Origin: Ignavibacteriota bacterium
GTDB lineage: Bacteria > Bacteroidota > Ignavibacteria > UBA10030
Assembly (NCBI GenBank): GCA_963701295.1
Contig: OY969585.1
Coordinates: 1,088,001 to 1,152,000 of the forward strand
Length of the DNA stretch: 64,000 bases
Reading direction: 5' to 3'
Below, piece after piece: positions 30,374-41,429 of the stretch. The notes under the pieces are model-generated. The model was not told the origin of the DNA. It ran no database searches and saw only the letters and a program-made list of their open reading frames with translations. Position 1 is the stretch's first letter. Each line of letters begins with the position of its first letter. A program made the position numbers and the translations under genes.

Positions 30374-30712
30374 TTACTTATAGCTTGCAATAGCCCGGTC
30401 CACGGTTTCGTAGGTCTTGAACACTTTTACCAATTGTGTAATGGCAAACAGACTTTCTACCTTCTCGGTGATATTTGCTAAACGCAAATCACCGGATTTA
30501 TTTCGTACGGATGTCAGTGCAGCGATCAGCGTGCCTAAACCGGTACTGCTAATCCATCGCACGCCTTTCATATCTACAACAATCTTGGTAAATCCTTCCT
30601 GCAACAGACTGTAAATTTTATCACGTAGATTTTCTGTGTCCGGTTCTCCCATCAGGTTGCCTTTCAAGCTCAGAACTGCAACCGCGCCATGCATTTTTTC
30701 TTTTATTGTCAT
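30374..30712 (-). CDS. STAS-domain anti-sigma factor antagonist
   Basis: IVVDMKGVRWISSTGLGTLI..GDLRLAN. Confidence 0.9.
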   Translation of the reverse strand: MTIKEKMHGAVAVLSLKGNLMGEPDTENLRDKIYSLLQEGFTKIVVDMKGVRWISSTGLGTLIAALTSVRNKSGDLRLANITEKVESLFAITQLVKVFKTYETVDRAIASYK

Positions 30713-30915
30713 AGACCTTCCTTTGTGCAATACATCTGGACTGCTTAGTAATACATTCTTCTGTAAAATGATACGTCCTTTTTGACGGAATGTCAACGCC
30801 CATATATTTGCCGGTTAAATCCACAAGGCTGATTGCAATTGGTTTTGGTGCGGACTTCTTTGTATTATTATGCAGAAATAGGCCGATATTACAAACCATT
30901 TCTACACTGAACAAC

Positions 30916-31734
30916 TTGATTACGTTGATACCTATAACATCTCTAGAGTATCCTGAATTGGCGCCGTATCGCACCCTGCGCCAATCGGTCGAACAATTTC
31001 GCCAAGGCAAGTTTATAGGAGAGGGAAAAATAGTCGTCAGGAGGCTTTTAGAGAGCACTCATGAAATTTTTTCTGTTCTCATGACATCGGAATGGTTAGA
31101 AGAATATCGTGAACTTCTCGTCATGAGGCCAGAGAAAATAACTGTGTTTCTAGGGCAGAAGGAATTGCTCAACACGATTGTTGGATACAATCTGCATCAA
31201 AGTATTATGGCACTTGGGAAAATTCCTGCACAGGCAACGCTTGACTCAGTTCTCACACAGTCATTGCCGCCGCGTTTATTTGTCGCTGTGGATGGATTAG
31301 CGAATTCTGAAAATCTCGGAGTGCTTGTACGGAATTGTGCCGCCTTCGGAGTGCAAACTATTCTTGTAGGAGAAACATCAAGCAGTCCATATTTGCGGCG
31401 GGCTGTGAGAAATTCTATGGGAACGGTGTTTAAGATACCCATTGTGCACTGCAAGAATCTTGTCGAAACTCTCACAATGCTTCGACATTCTCACAAATTT
31501 AAAATTATTGCCGCGCATCCTCATGCCGAAGAGCATAACATTCAGCGCATGAATTTCACAGAGCACTGTTGTGTTGTCTTCGGAAGTGAAGGGAATGGAA
31601 TTTCTCCGCGTGTTCTTTCTGCTTGTGATATCACAACGGCGATCCCCATGCAGCTGGGAGTTGATTCACTCAATGTGGCAAGTGCCAGCGCGGTGTTTTT
31701 ATATGAAGTGATGCGACAAAGAAATAAAGCATAG
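30916..31734 (+). CDS. TrmH/SpoU family RNA methyltransferase (start uncertain)
   Basis: ENLGVLVRN, FGSEGNG, IPM..GVDSLNVA. Confidence 0.9.
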   Translation: MITLIPITSLEYPELAPYRTLRQSVEQFRQGKFIGEGKIVVRRLLESTHEIFSVLMTSEWLEEYRELLVMRPEKITVFLGQKELLNTIVGYNLHQSIMALGKIPAQATLDSVLTQSLPPRLFVAVDGLANSENLGVLVRNCAAFGVQTILVGETSSSPYLRRAVRNSMGTVFKIPIVHCKNLVETLTMLRHSHKFKIIAAHPHAEEHNIQRMNFTEHCCVVFGSEGNGISPRVLSACDITTAIPMQLGVDSLNVASASAVFLYEVMRQRNKA

Positions 31735-31764
31735 ACACGCCGCACTGCATATTTATGAATATAA

Positions 31765-31995
31765 TCAGGATTTTGATGTTACTGGCGGCAACTCGCGTGC
31801 AGTAATTTCTGATTGGAATCCACATTCCCGATGTGAACCATCGCAGAAAGGCTTATCTTTGCTATGGCCGCAGCGGCAAAGTGAAACACTCGTTCGGTCA
31901 TTGAGATCAAATTTCTTCCCGCTCAAATCGAGTAATTCGAAATCACCTTCCACACGAATGCTTCCATTATTCTTCACTGTAATTATTGCTGCCAT
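31765..31995 (-). CDS. CDGSH iron-sulfur domain protein
   Basis: LCRCGHSKDKPFCDGSH. Confidence 0.92.
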   Translation of the reverse strand: MAAIITVKNNGSIRVEGDFELLDLSGKKFDLNDRTSVSLCRCGHSKDKPFCDGSHRECGFQSEITARELPPVTSKS

Positions 31996-32004
31996 AGAAG
32001 ACTC

Positions 32005-32988
32005 CTATTGGATCTGAAAGTCAATAGACAACTGTGTTTTTTCCCAGAAGAGTTTCATCACACCGGATTTATCACTCGTCCGTTCCAATGTCATGGTGAA
32101 CTTTTCTGCCACATGCGCAAGCGTCGTCTTCTTCAGCGGAATTCGTGCTATATCAAGCTTTTCATCATACACCGTTCCCCATTGTCCGGTTTGTTTATTG
32201 ATAATAAGCTTCCATTGTTTGGATGATGGGAGAGAGTAGAGAGTATAAGATCCGTGTGGTAATTTTACGTTCCCTAAAATCAGATCTGCTTGCGTCGTAA
32301 ATCTTGTTGCGGCATTAGCCCCAGTTCGCCAAACTTTGCCATACGGGACAACACTTCCCATGATTTTTCTGCCGCGCATTGATGGGCTGCCATAATCCAC
32401 CGATAGGTGTTTCCCGTTTAGTATGAGTTCCGTCGAGTCGCGCGGACTTGGTACTAATGGATTTTTACTGACATGAAAGGGAACCGAAAGAGATCTATTT
32501 GCCCACTCGATTCTCAGTATACCGCTATCATTGCCGTTCTTATCTAACTTGAATGTGAGGTCTTCTACCGGGGATTTCAGCTTCTTGATATTCAAATCGA
32601 CGCGTGCAAGATCAAGTTGCGGATCATAGTCTATCCCCCATTGTCCTGTCTGTTTGTTGATGATGAGCTTCCAGCGTTCTTCAGCAGGAAGCGTGTAGAG
32701 CGAATACGCGCCGCGCGGAACAAGCGCACCGTCTACTTCAAGGTCGAGGTCGGTTATCAAGGTAGTAGCCGCACCGGCACCGGTACGCCAGACTTTGTAA
32801 TAGGGTACAAAGGCGCCGAATATTTTCCGTCCGAGAACTGACGGTTTACCATAACTAATCGCGATCTTCCTTCCATTGAATGTCGTCTTAACCGAATCAC
32901 GCGGGCTGACAATTGGTTTCTGTGCGTAGGTTTCGACAAAAAAACCAGCGGTGATCAAGAAGAGCCAAAGTACGTTCCTTAATTTCAT
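32005..32988 (-). CDS. Tandem DUF2911-domain secreted protein
   Basis: Two copies of SPRDS..YG.PS..GRKI.G..VPY.KVWRTGA.AAT..INKQTGQWG. Confidence 0.85.
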   Translation of the reverse strand: MKLRNVLWLFLITAGFFVETYAQKPIVSPRDSVKTTFNGRKIAISYGKPSVLGRKIFGAFVPYYKVWRTGAGAATTLITDLDLEVDGALVPRGAYSLYTLPAEERWKLIINKQTGQWGIDYDPQLDLARVDLNIKKLKSPVEDLTFKLDKNGNDSGILRIEWANRSLSVPFHVSKNPLVPSPRDSTELILNGKHLSVDYGSPSMRGRKIMGSVVPYGKVWRTGANAATRFTTQADLILGNVKLPHGSYTLYSLPSSKQWKLIINKQTGQWGTVYDEKLDIARIPLKKTTLAHVAEKFTMTLERTSDKSGVMKLFWEKTQLSIDFQIQ

Positions 32989-33008
32989 AAGTCCTTCATT
33001 CTCAAACA

Positions 33009-33551
33009 TTATTTTATGTCAGATAATTCTTTCTCTACGGATAGATATGTTTCGTATGTTATTCGGTCAAAACATACAATAAGTACACGTTCAAGTTCTA
33101 TATTGGTTTCAAGTTCGCGGAAAATTTCCTTCAGTGCAATGCGAGAAGCCCGTTTCACCGGAAATCGATACACACCTGTACTGATAGATGGAAACGCGAT
33201 AGTTCTGATACCATGTTTACGTGCAAGCGCAAAACAGTTCCGGTAGCAATTTGCCAGAAGGGTCTCTTCATCGCGTGTTCCCTCTTGCCAAATGGGACCG
33301 ACAGTGTGTATAACATAATTTGCTGGAAGATTATAGCCTCTTGTCATTTTCGCATTGCCGGTTTCGCAACCTTTTAGAGTTCGGCATTCTTCTAACAGCA
33401 TCGGCCCGGCCGCTTGATGAATCGCGCCATCAACGCCTCCTCCGCCTAAAAGCGAGTTATTGGCAGCATTGACAATAGCATCGACTATTTGTGTGGTGAT
33501 ATCACCTTGAACAATAGAGACATGGGAGTGTGTGTTTTTTCCTATCTTCAT
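33009..33551 (-). CDS. Macro-domain O-acetyl-ADP-ribose deacetylase (YmdB-like)
   Basis: GDIT..DAIVNAANNSLLGGGGVDGAIH, FPSISTGVYRFP. Confidence 0.92.
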   Translation of the reverse strand: MKIGKNTHSHVSIVQGDITTQIVDAIVNAANNSLLGGGGVDGAIHQAAGPMLLEECRTLKGCETGNAKMTRGYNLPANYVIHTVGPIWQEGTRDEETLLANCYRNCFALARKHGIRTIAFPSISTGVYRFPVKRASRIALKEIFRELETNIELERVLIVCFDRITYETYLSVEKELSDIK

Positions 33552-33603
33552 ACACATTTCCCTTTCATAGTTCCGACCTACTGTATGAAACCTTTCATCT
33601 GTC

Positions 33604-34485
33604 CTACACTTTTGGTTCCAACGCTCTTGCTACCATTATTCCTGTATCCTTTTTAATCTTCATGAGATATTCCCAAAGTGGTATTTCGGTGATTTGCACT
33701 TTTGAACCAGGAATTGGTGCATGAATCATATGCAATTTTTTGTTCTTCCAGATGGCAATACCAGTATGTGTGCAGTCTAATCCTTCGATGGTTGTCGTGA
33801 TGCCCAGGATGTCACCATCGTTGATCTGAGAAGCGGCATTCTTTACTTTTAATTTAGGAATGTGATACATCGTACGTTTGTTCATCTCTGCTTCCTGTGC
33901 TGCAATCATTTTTACAAATTCCGGATTCTCTCTCAGCTGCAAGTAAGAATCAGTGTGCGTGGACATAAAGTTGATCTTCTTTTTGTATGGCACACCACTG
34001 ATTTCTTTTGTAACATTTTTTAGCACAGACTTTTTTTCGTTATCAAAGAAATAATCCGATGTATAATGTAATCGGCTTGGATACTTGTCGATGATGCCGC
34101 CACGATAGCGAATAAATTGCAATTCCTTCTTGTAGTCTTCAAATGTCATCGTGTTTTTCTTGATGCATCGCGCGAGGACGAGCGAGTTCTCATAGAAGGT
34201 CACACAGTCGAGTGTTTGAAGATTAACAATGAGATGCTCTTCACCCGGCGCTTCGATAGCATTGAGGGCATAATCAACTCCGAGAAACGATTTTGCTATT
34301 TCTATGACTACTTCGTTGATTGGTTTTTCGGTGAGCTTGAGAGAGATGGCAAAACCAAATTTCTTCTTACAGATCAATTCATTTGGATTGGAAAGAGGAT
34401 CGATTGCTGCGCCCTTTTCTTGCAGGAAAAGAGAAGGCAATAAGGCAGCAACGGGAATCGATTGCAGAAATGTTCGACGGTCCAT
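33604..34485 (-). CDS. DUF1460 (NlpC/P60-like amidase), Tat-exported
   Basis: MDRRTFL Tat signal; LDCVTFYE, SRLHY, GLDCTHTG. Confidence 0.85.
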   Translation of the reverse strand: MDRRTFLQSIPVAALLPSLFLQEKGAAIDPLSNPNELICKKKFGFAISLKLTEKPINEVVIEIAKSFLGVDYALNAIEAPGEEHLIVNLQTLDCVTFYENSLVLARCIKKNTMTFEDYKKELQFIRYRGGIIDKYPSRLHYTSDYFFDNEKKSVLKNVTKEISGVPYKKKINFMSTHTDSYLQLRENPEFVKMIAAQEAEMNKRTMYHIPKLKVKNAASQINDGDILGITTTIEGLDCTHTGIAIWKNKKLHMIHAPIPGSKVQITEIPLWEYLMKIKKDTGIMVARALEPKV

Positions 34486-34521
34486 GATTGCTTTCTTTAC
34501 TTATTCTATCTAAGCTCCAAT

Positions 34522-35955
34522 CTAAAACGGTGTAACCTCTTCTCCAGATTCAGCTGGTAAAAATGTCTCAGGTCTGAATGCAGTTCGGCTTTCGAACCGT
34601 GCATATTGTTTAATGAACTGTAGTTTCACTGTGTCTGTAGGACCGTTACGCTGCTTGCCAATGATAATTTCTGCTAACCCTTCTGTCGCTTCGCCGTCTT
34701 GTTCTTGAATACCGAACATTTCGGGACGATGAACGAACATCACAACGTCAGCATCTTGTTCGATTGCACCGGATTCGCGTAAGTCCGAAAGTGCGGGCCT
34801 CTTGTCATTTCGTGATTCAACTGAACGGTTCAATTGCGATAATGCAATGACAGGGATATTCAATTCTTTAGCGAGCGCTTTCAGTGAACGTGAAATAGCG
34901 GAAATTTCTTGTTCGCGGCTTTGTGCGTTTCTTGGTCCCTGCATAAGTTGAAGATAATCGACAATGATAAGTCCGATATTATGTTCTACCTTTAAACGGC
35001 GGGCTTTCGCCCGCAATTCCAGCACAGCAAGCCCCGGTGTATCGTCGATAAACATTTTCGCTTTATAGAGACGTCCAACACTGGTACTGAGTTTCTTCCA
35101 TTCATCTTCCGGCAAACGCCCTGTGCGGACTTTGTGCGCATCCACGCGAGCTTCGGCGCACATTAATCGCATGACCAATTGCTGTGTGGACATTTCGAGG
35201 CTAAACATACCGATAGGAAAATCGTGTAGCACCGATGCATTGCGCGCAATCGAGAGTGCAAATGCCGTTTTCCCTTGCGACGGCCGTCCGGCAATAATAA
35301 TGAGGTCGGATGATTGGAATCCGCCTGTGAGCGAATCAAGATCGGCAAAGCCGGAAGGCACGCCAGTAACGCCGCTGTGTTTGCCGTGGATGCTCTGAAG
35401 CAAGTCCATCGTTTTGTGCACTGCAGTGTTCATCGAGACGAAGCTCTTCTTCATCCGCTGTTCGGAGATATCGAAGATTTTTTGTTCTGCCTCATCGAGC
35501 AAGCCAAGTGCGTCTTCGGTTTCGCTGTATGCGCGGTTGATGACTTCTGATGATGAATGAATAAGCTGACGCATAAGCGCCCGCTCCAGTACCATATGTG
35601 CATGGTATTCAACGTTCGCGGCGCTGGAAACTTTTGTCGTGAGTTCAGTAAGATAGTATTCACCGCCGATTTTTTCTAAATCGCCGCGGCGGCGAAGTTC
35701 TTCTGTCAATGTAATAAGATCGACCGGTTCGCTTCGTTCGAACAACGACATCATTGCACGGTAGATGCTTTGATGCGCTGGTTTGTAGAAAGCAGTGTCA
35801 TCTAGAACTTCAATCGCTTTAGCGATAGCATCTTTTTCCAAGAGCATCGCCCCGATAACGGCGGCTTCTATATCCATCGCTTGCGGAGGCACACGCCCTT
35901 CGGTCGAAACTGATTGCGGTGAGTTGAAGTCGATTATTTTTCGTGGGTCTGCCAT
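34522..35955 (-). CDS. dnaB: Replicative DNA helicase
   Basis: AGRPSQGKT, SLEM, DYLQLM, LSQLNR, DLRESGAIEQDAD, KQRNGP; no intein. Confidence 0.98.
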   Translation of the reverse strand: MADPRKIIDFNSPQSVSTEGRVPPQAMDIEAAVIGAMLLEKDAIAKAIEVLDDTAFYKPAHQSIYRAMMSLFERSEPVDLITLTEELRRRGDLEKIGGEYYLTELTTKVSSAANVEYHAHMVLERALMRQLIHSSSEVINRAYSETEDALGLLDEAEQKIFDISEQRMKKSFVSMNTAVHKTMDLLQSIHGKHSGVTGVPSGFADLDSLTGGFQSSDLIIIAGRPSQGKTAFALSIARNASVLHDFPIGMFSLEMSTQQLVMRLMCAEARVDAHKVRTGRLPEDEWKKLSTSVGRLYKAKMFIDDTPGLAVLELRAKARRLKVEHNIGLIIVDYLQLMQGPRNAQSREQEISAISRSLKALAKELNIPVIALSQLNRSVESRNDKRPALSDLRESGAIEQDADVVMFVHRPEMFGIQEQDGEATEGLAEIIIGKQRNGPTDTVKLQFIKQYARFESRTAFRPETFLPAESGEEVTPF

Positions 35956-35995
35956 GCAACATTCTCCTTTCCACGGATTAAAATCCGTGGTTATA

Positions 35996-37156
35996 TCATC
36001 CAATCATCGGCGCGATGAGCAAGCCAATGAGATACGTTGTGATCGCTTCTCCTAATCCGATAAGAGTCATCTCGGTGCCGCTTTTAAGCCACGAGCGGCC
36101 GGTGACGAGTACTTTCGATGCTCCGACAGCGAAATGCGCTGCAGTGCTAATGATAAACGAAATAACGAGCGCTTCCATTCCCGACCAGAAGATAAATGGA
36201 AGCACAGGAATAATTGCACCAATTGCCGTGCTGATTGTTGCGCTGACTGCCGATCTCCACTGGTTAGGAAACGATTTTTCAGAAAGCCCAAGTTCTTCGT
36301 GCGCCAACGTTTTAAGAAATTGTCCCGGTTGTTCTGCAAGTTTTACTGTCATTTTTTTTGCTTCTTCAGGCGAGAACCCCTTAAGTTGATAGAAGAGCTC
36401 CATTTCTTCTTGTTCTTCTTCTGGATGTTCCTCAATCTCACGTCTTTCCTTTTCCATTTCAGCTTCGTACACTTCCCGTTCGGACTTTGTTGCGAGGTAC
36501 GCGCCGCTTCCCATTGACAATGCTGATGCAACTGCTACTGCGAGTCCGCTCAATAAAATATAATTGCCGTTTGCTGCAGTTGCACCTGCCACACCGCTGA
36601 CGACGCCGAACGCTGCGCCGAGTCCATCATTGACACCATAAATTGCCTGTCCGATCCAACCGCCTCCGGTGACATGCCAGCGTTCTCTGCCTAACATTCG
36701 ATCGAGTCTGCTCTGCGGATGCTGTGCAACGCGCGGATGGCTCATTTCTTCCAGCATTTTGCCGTGGGCATTTTCTTCACGTTGAGCTTCCAGGAGTGCT
36801 TGTTTATCCGTTTCTGATTCTGCCGTAATAATCATTTTCTCGTATAATGCATCTGCCTGGCTTTCACCCGCTTCCAAAATTTGTGCGGCTTCTTCGCTTG
36901 AGCTTTTCAGTAATACTGTCCGATGCAATTTCTCTATCGGTGTATCGTGAAATGTGCCAACCTCGACACCCAACTCGCGTAAACGCACTTTCCATCGATC
37001 AGCATGCCGGTCTTCTGCCTCAGCCATGCGAATAAGGATTCCTTTTTTTTCCGGATGCTGCTCATGTTCCGCTAATGCGCGATAGTTGCGTGCACTCAGC
37101 ATTTCATCACGCCAAGCTTTTTTTAAATTCTTGTTGAATTCTTTCTTTCGATCCAT
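35996..37156 (-). CDS. Ferritin-like + VIT1/CCC1 iron exporter (MbfA-like)
   Basis: ExxH ligands (EDRH, ENAH) followed by YGVNDGL, ALSMGSGAYL. Confidence 0.85.
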   Translation of the reverse strand: MDRKKEFNKNLKKAWRDEMLSARNYRALAEHEQHPEKKGILIRMAEAEDRHADRWKVRLRELGVEVGTFHDTPIEKLHRTVLLKSSSEEAAQILEAGESQADALYEKMIITAESETDKQALLEAQREENAHGKMLEEMSHPRVAQHPQSRLDRMLGRERWHVTGGGWIGQAIYGVNDGLGAAFGVVSGVAGATAANGNYILLSGLAVAVASALSMGSGAYLATKSEREVYEAEMEKERREIEEHPEEEQEEMELFYQLKGFSPEEAKKMTVKLAEQPGQFLKTLAHEELGLSEKSFPNQWRSAVSATISTAIGAIIPVLPFIFWSGMEALVISFIISTAAHFAVGASKVLVTGRSWLKSGTEMTLIGLGEAITTYLIGLLIAPMIG

Positions 37157-37264
37157 ATTCAGAATCTCAATATTCAATAATCAAATCACAAACAAATTTC
37201 AAAAAGGAATTTTCAAATTCTTACCGTTGGACATTTACTATTGGAATTTGTTTGAAGCTCGTGT

Positions 37265-38113
37265 TTAGTGACTTGTGTCATATTTTCCGGCTTTTATTTC
37301 TTCATACAGCTTTCGAAACTTCTGAACATCTTCCCAGCAAGGCCTTTTCCAATTTGGATTGCGCAGCAACGCAGCAGGATGGTACGTAACCATTAGCGGA
37401 ATGCCGCGATAATCATGCACTTTGCCGCGTAAAAGCGTCAATGAGGCATTGGTCTTTAAGAGCGATTGCCCGGCGATACGTCCTACACACAGAATCATTT
37501 TCGGTCTGATCAATTCAAGCTGTTTCCATAAATATGGTTCACAGAGTTCGATCTCTTCCGGCTGCGGATCGCGGTTATTCGGCGGCCTGCATTTAAGAAT
37601 ATTACAAATAAAAACTTCTTCACGTTGAAATTGGATTGATTCGAGAATTTTATTCAATAATTGCCCTCCGCGCCCGACAAACGGTTCGCCTTGTGCATCT
37701 TCATCGGCTCCCGGTGCTTCACCAACAACAACTACTTCCGCCTTGGGGTTGCCGACACCGAAAACAAATTTCGTCCGCGTTTTTCCGAGTTCGCATTTCA
37801 AACAAGTGTTGATTGCCTGATTGAGCGTTGGAATACTTTCGGCAGATGTCCAAGGTTCTGCCGGATAAGCATGAAGAGCCGTGGTTGTTTGAGAAGCGTC
37901 AGGATTTCCAAAAAGGTCTGTTTCAGATTTTCGAGGCATAGATGTCCCGCTCGTGGAAGATATAGTTCGCTCTTCTTGATATATCGGCTGATCCATAGCT
38001 GGTTGAACAGGAGTTTTTTGAATCAGCAGCGAGTCGCCGTAGAGTTCTGCTTGTTGTTTGAGGAACCGTTGAGTATCCGACAGCAAAGTATTGAAATCGT
38101 CGTCAAGAGACAT
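37265..38113 (-). CDS. udg: Uracil-DNA glycosylase family 4
   Basis: [31 protein letters not shown]. Confidence 0.95.
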   Translation of the reverse strand: MSLDDDFNTLLSDTQRFLKQQAELYGDSLLIQKTPVQPAMDQPIYQEERTISSTSGTSMPRKSETDLFGNPDASQTTTALHAYPAEPWTSAESIPTLNQAINTCLKCELGKTRTKFVFGVGNPKAEVVVVGEAPGADEDAQGEPFVGRGGQLLNKILESIQFQREEVFICNILKCRPPNNRDPQPEEIELCEPYLWKQLELIRPKMILCVGRIAGQSLLKTNASLTLLRGKVHDYRGIPLMVTYHPAALLRNPNWKRPCWEDVQKFRKLYEEIKAGKYDTSH

Positions 38114-38220
38114 AGGTCAGATATTATAATTTACTATTTCGATCACAACGAAAAAAATCTCCCCTTCTCAACAGGAGAGAAAGACGTGATCTATGAATCG
38201 GGATTAATGCGCCTATAAAA

Positions 38221-39429
38221 CTATAAGAGAGTTTTTATTTTATTCAAAATCTTGTTTGCAACATCGAACTTTGGCAATATGGGAAGTTGTTCCACTTTAC
38301 CGCGTTTGTCGATCATCGCGACCGTATTAAGATTAGAACCGAATACGCGGTTCTGTTTGCCATAGGAATTGAGCACAATAAGGTCGAGATTTTTTTTTTG
38401 AAGTTTTTCCTTTGCACCTGCAAGTTCGTCCTTTGTTTCCAGCGCAAAACCTACCAATATCATCGATCGCTTTTTCTTACCGAGCATAGTGAGAATGTCG
38501 GTTGTTTCTTCGAGTTGCAATTCCAGTCCCTTACTGCTGAAATGTTTCTTCATCTTATGCTTCGCTGGATTTGCAGGCCTGTAATCGGCAACAGCCGCCG
38601 CCATTATAACAGCATCTGTTTTTTTTGTATGGGAAAGAACGGTGGTCAGCATTTCCTTTGCCGATTCAACATCAATGCGTGTTACATTGCGTGGTGTTTC
38701 AAGATGCGTTGGTCCTGCAACAAGGGTTACCTCAGCGCCGCGCTGTGCAGCAGCGTTTGCGATTGCAAATCCCATTTTCCCAGACGACCGATTTCCTATA
38801 AACCGCACAGGATCGATTGCTTCATATGTTGGCCCTGCCGTCACAAGAATTCGCTTCTTCTTAAAATCCTGATGTGATTGATCAAGGATTTTTCCAATTG
38901 TTTCAACAATAATTTTAATTTCTGGCAAGCGTCCTGGTCCGCTTAATCCGCTGGCAAGTTCTCCTTCAACCGGAGGGATGACAATATAGCCGCGTTCTTT
39001 CAGCGACGTGAGATTGTTCTGCGTAACGGGGTTCAGATACATTTCTGCATCCATTGTCGGTGCAAGAATAATCGGCCGCGTGGTTGCAAGAGCAACAACA
39101 GCAAGCAGGTTATCGGAAATGCCGTAGGCAAGTTTTGCTATTGTATTGGCCGATGCCGGTGCAATCACTAGTACATCTGCCCAGTTGGCAAGGTCGATGT
39201 GCTGAGTGCTGATGTCGGAATCCGAAGATTGGTTGTTCGTCCAGAGATCAGTGAAAACCGGATTTTTTGAAAGCGCGGAGAACGTAAGCGGCGTAACGAA
39301 ACGTGTTCCCGCTTCCGTCATCATCACTTTTACCTCGGCTCCGGACTTTACAAGGTCACGAACGAGATATCCTGCTTTGTAAGCTGCAATCCCACCTGTG
39401 ACTCCGACTAACACGTGCTTGCCGCGCAT
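38221..39429 (-). CDS. coaBC: Phosphopantothenoylcysteine decarboxylase/ligase
   Basis: GVTGGIAAYK, APASANTIAK, DPVRFIGNRSSGKMG, GFALET. Confidence 0.97.
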   Translation of the reverse strand: MRGKHVLVGVTGGIAAYKAGYLVRDLVKSGAEVKVMMTEAGTRFVTPLTFSALSKNPVFTDLWTNNQSSDSDISTQHIDLANWADVLVIAPASANTIAKLAYGISDNLLAVVALATTRPIILAPTMDAEMYLNPVTQNNLTSLKERGYIVIPPVEGELASGLSGPGRLPEIKIIVETIGKILDQSHQDFKKKRILVTAGPTYEAIDPVRFIGNRSSGKMGFAIANAAAQRGAEVTLVAGPTHLETPRNVTRIDVESAKEMLTTVLSHTKKTDAVIMAAAVADYRPANPAKHKMKKHFSSKGLELQLEETTDILTMLGKKKRSMILVGFALETKDELAGAKEKLQKKNLDLIVLNSYGKQNRVFGSNLNTVAMIDKRGKVEQLPILPKFDVANKILNKIKTLL

Positions 39430-39440
39430 CGCAAATTCCG

Positions 39441-39797
39441 TTATTCTTCGGTTGTTGTTTCTTTAGAAGAAGTCTTTGCAAAAAAATCAATATGTTCTTT
39501 GTAGCGATAGGGAATTTTCTTTTCCCGTACCTCATCGATCGCAACTTCTGTTGGCTTCCTGCGTTTCTCAAATTCCAGACTAATTTTGAGTTGATCCGGA
39601 TTAGCAACTGTCACTTCGCTGTCATCTTCCGGTTCCGGTGTCGCATTTAACGCTTTGAGCGTTTCGAGTCGCTGTGATAATTCAATTTTGAGGTCATCAT
39701 GAATTTGCCGCGACCGTTTCGCAGCAACGATGATTGCTTCGTAAATATTGCCGGTTTGTTCTAAGAATTCATGCATTGCAACTGGTTTGACTGCCAC
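39441..39797 (-). CDS. rpoZ: RNA polymerase omega subunit
   Basis: TGNIYEAIIVAAKRSRQI..FEKRRKPT; gmk-rpoZ-coaBC synteny. Confidence 0.9.
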   Translation of the reverse strand: MAVKPVAMHEFLEQTGNIYEAIIVAAKRSRQIHDDLKIELSQRLETLKALNATPEPEDDSEVTVANPDQLKISLEFEKRRKPTEVAIDEVREKKIPYRYKEHIDFFAKTSSKETTTEE

Positions 39798-39838
39798 TGG
39801 TTTTCCTCCATTACGCTATGAGTATATTTATACAGTAT

Positions 39839-40399
39839 TTATATTTTTTTTTGAACGATCTCATCCACCTCAACAACTGCTTTATTGAGATCATCGTTCA
39901 CCACCTGAAAATCAAATTGAGAACCCTGTTCCAGTTCCATTGGTACTCGATCCAATCGTTGTTTGAGAGTTTCGAGATTCTCCGTTTTCCGATTTTCTAA
40001 GCGTTTCTTTAGCACTTCCATACTCGGTGGCTTGATAAAAATTAAAACAGAGTCTTTAGGAAAATGTTGCCGAATCGATAATGCACCGTTCACATCCACA
40101 TCAAATATCATTGAATAACCATGATCGAGTGCTCTGTGAATTTCGCTTTTCATCGTCCCATAATAATTTCCATAAATCTTTTCCCACTCTACCAAATCCC
40201 CAATTCGAATACGATCTTTAAATTCTTGTTTCGTCAGAAAGAAATAATCTCTTCCGTTTACTTCACCGACCCGTATGTGCCGTGTTGTTGCAGAAACAGA
40301 AAAGAGCATCGTCGGATATTTTGCCAGAATCGCTTTCGCGATTGTGGTCTTCCCGCATCCACTGGGTGCCGATATGACAATGAGCTTTCCTTTGGTCAT
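39839..40399 (-). CDS. gmk: Guanylate kinase
   Basis: SAPSGCGKTT, SVSATTR, GRDYFF, YYGT. Confidence 0.96.
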   Translation of the reverse strand: MTKGKLIVISAPSGCGKTTIAKAILAKYPTMLFSVSATTRHIRVGEVNGRDYFFLTKQEFKDRIRIGDLVEWEKIYGNYYGTMKSEIHRALDHGYSMIFDVDVNGALSIRQHFPKDSVLIFIKPPSMEVLKKRLENRKTENLETLKQRLDRVPMELEQGSQFDFQVVNDDLNKAVVEVDEIVQKKI

Positions 40400-40480
40400 T
40401 GGTGCTATATATTGGTGATTGAGTCGTAGATGAACCTGATGTACTATCTACCAATTAACTATTCACGAATTCACTCATTG

Positions 40481-41362
40481 CTATTCAATATTCTGCAACT
40501 GTTCCCGGATTTTTTCTAGTTCTTCTTTCAACCCAATAATCATATGTGCAATAGCCGCATCATTGGATTTGGAACCGATCGTGTTTGCTTCGCGGTTCAT
40601 TTCTTGCACGAGGAAGTTCAATTTGCGACCAGCTGCTTCATTCTTATTGAGCGCTTCGAGGAAAAACTTGTTATGACTCCTATAGCGGACGCATTCTTCC
40701 GTAATGTCAAGTTTATCGACCATCAATGCTATTTCCAGCTCTAGCCTATTTTGGTCAAGAACGAACTTGTCTTCTACCAACTGCGCGATTCGTTCATACA
40801 AGTTTTTACGTTCTTCTGGGATCCGTTCCTTCGAAAGTTTCTCCACTTCATTCAGAGTCTCCTCCATCGAGTGGATGCGTTTTTCGAGGTCCTTCGCCAA
40901 TTCGCTTCCTTCTTGCGAGCGCATCGCATTGAGATTCTCTAATGCTTGGCGAACTGTTTCCTGCACTTGTTCCCATTCACGTTCGTCGGTTTCTTCTTCT
41001 TCAACTGGTTCGAGTACTTCGGAGAAGGTTAAAAGATGTTCAAGCTTAACCTGCTCGCGAATCTTCACGGACTTACGGATCTCATTGAGAAGCTTAAAGT
41101 ACGACTTTGCTGCTGCTGTATTCACTTTCAAAGGAATAGCACCGTTTGAGTCATAAGCAATCTTGACGGTGATGTTCAAACTGCCCCGATTCAGGAATGT
41201 GCGAACAATATCCTTCAATTCCTTTTCACGCTGGGAAATACTTCGCGGCAGACGCAACGTGACATCGAGATAACGGCTGTTCACACTCCGCACCTCTGCA
41301 CTGATATTGATACCGTTCCTACTGACTTCTGCACGGCCAAAGCCGGTCATGCTTGCTACCAC
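40481..41362 (-). CDS. yicC: YicC/YloC endoribonuclease
   Basis: SMTGFGR, GRKLNFLVQEMNREANTIGSK, REQLQNIE. Confidence 0.95.
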   Translation of the reverse strand: MVASMTGFGRAEVSRNGINISAEVRSVNSRYLDVTLRLPRSISQREKELKDIVRTFLNRGSLNITVKIAYDSNGAIPLKVNTAAAKSYFKLLNEIRKSVKIREQVKLEHLLTFSEVLEPVEEEETDEREWEQVQETVRQALENLNAMRSQEGSELAKDLEKRIHSMEETLNEVEKLSKERIPEERKNLYERIAQLVEDKFVLDQNRLELEIALMVDKLDITEECVRYRSHNKFFLEALNKNEAAGRKLNFLVQEMNREANTIGSKSNDAAIAHMIIGLKEELEKIREQLQNIE

Positions 41363-41429
41363 AAAGGCTCCTCGAAATAGAATTTTGCATCAAAAGGTAC
41401 GGAAAATTCGATGGGAGGGCAAGGTTTAC

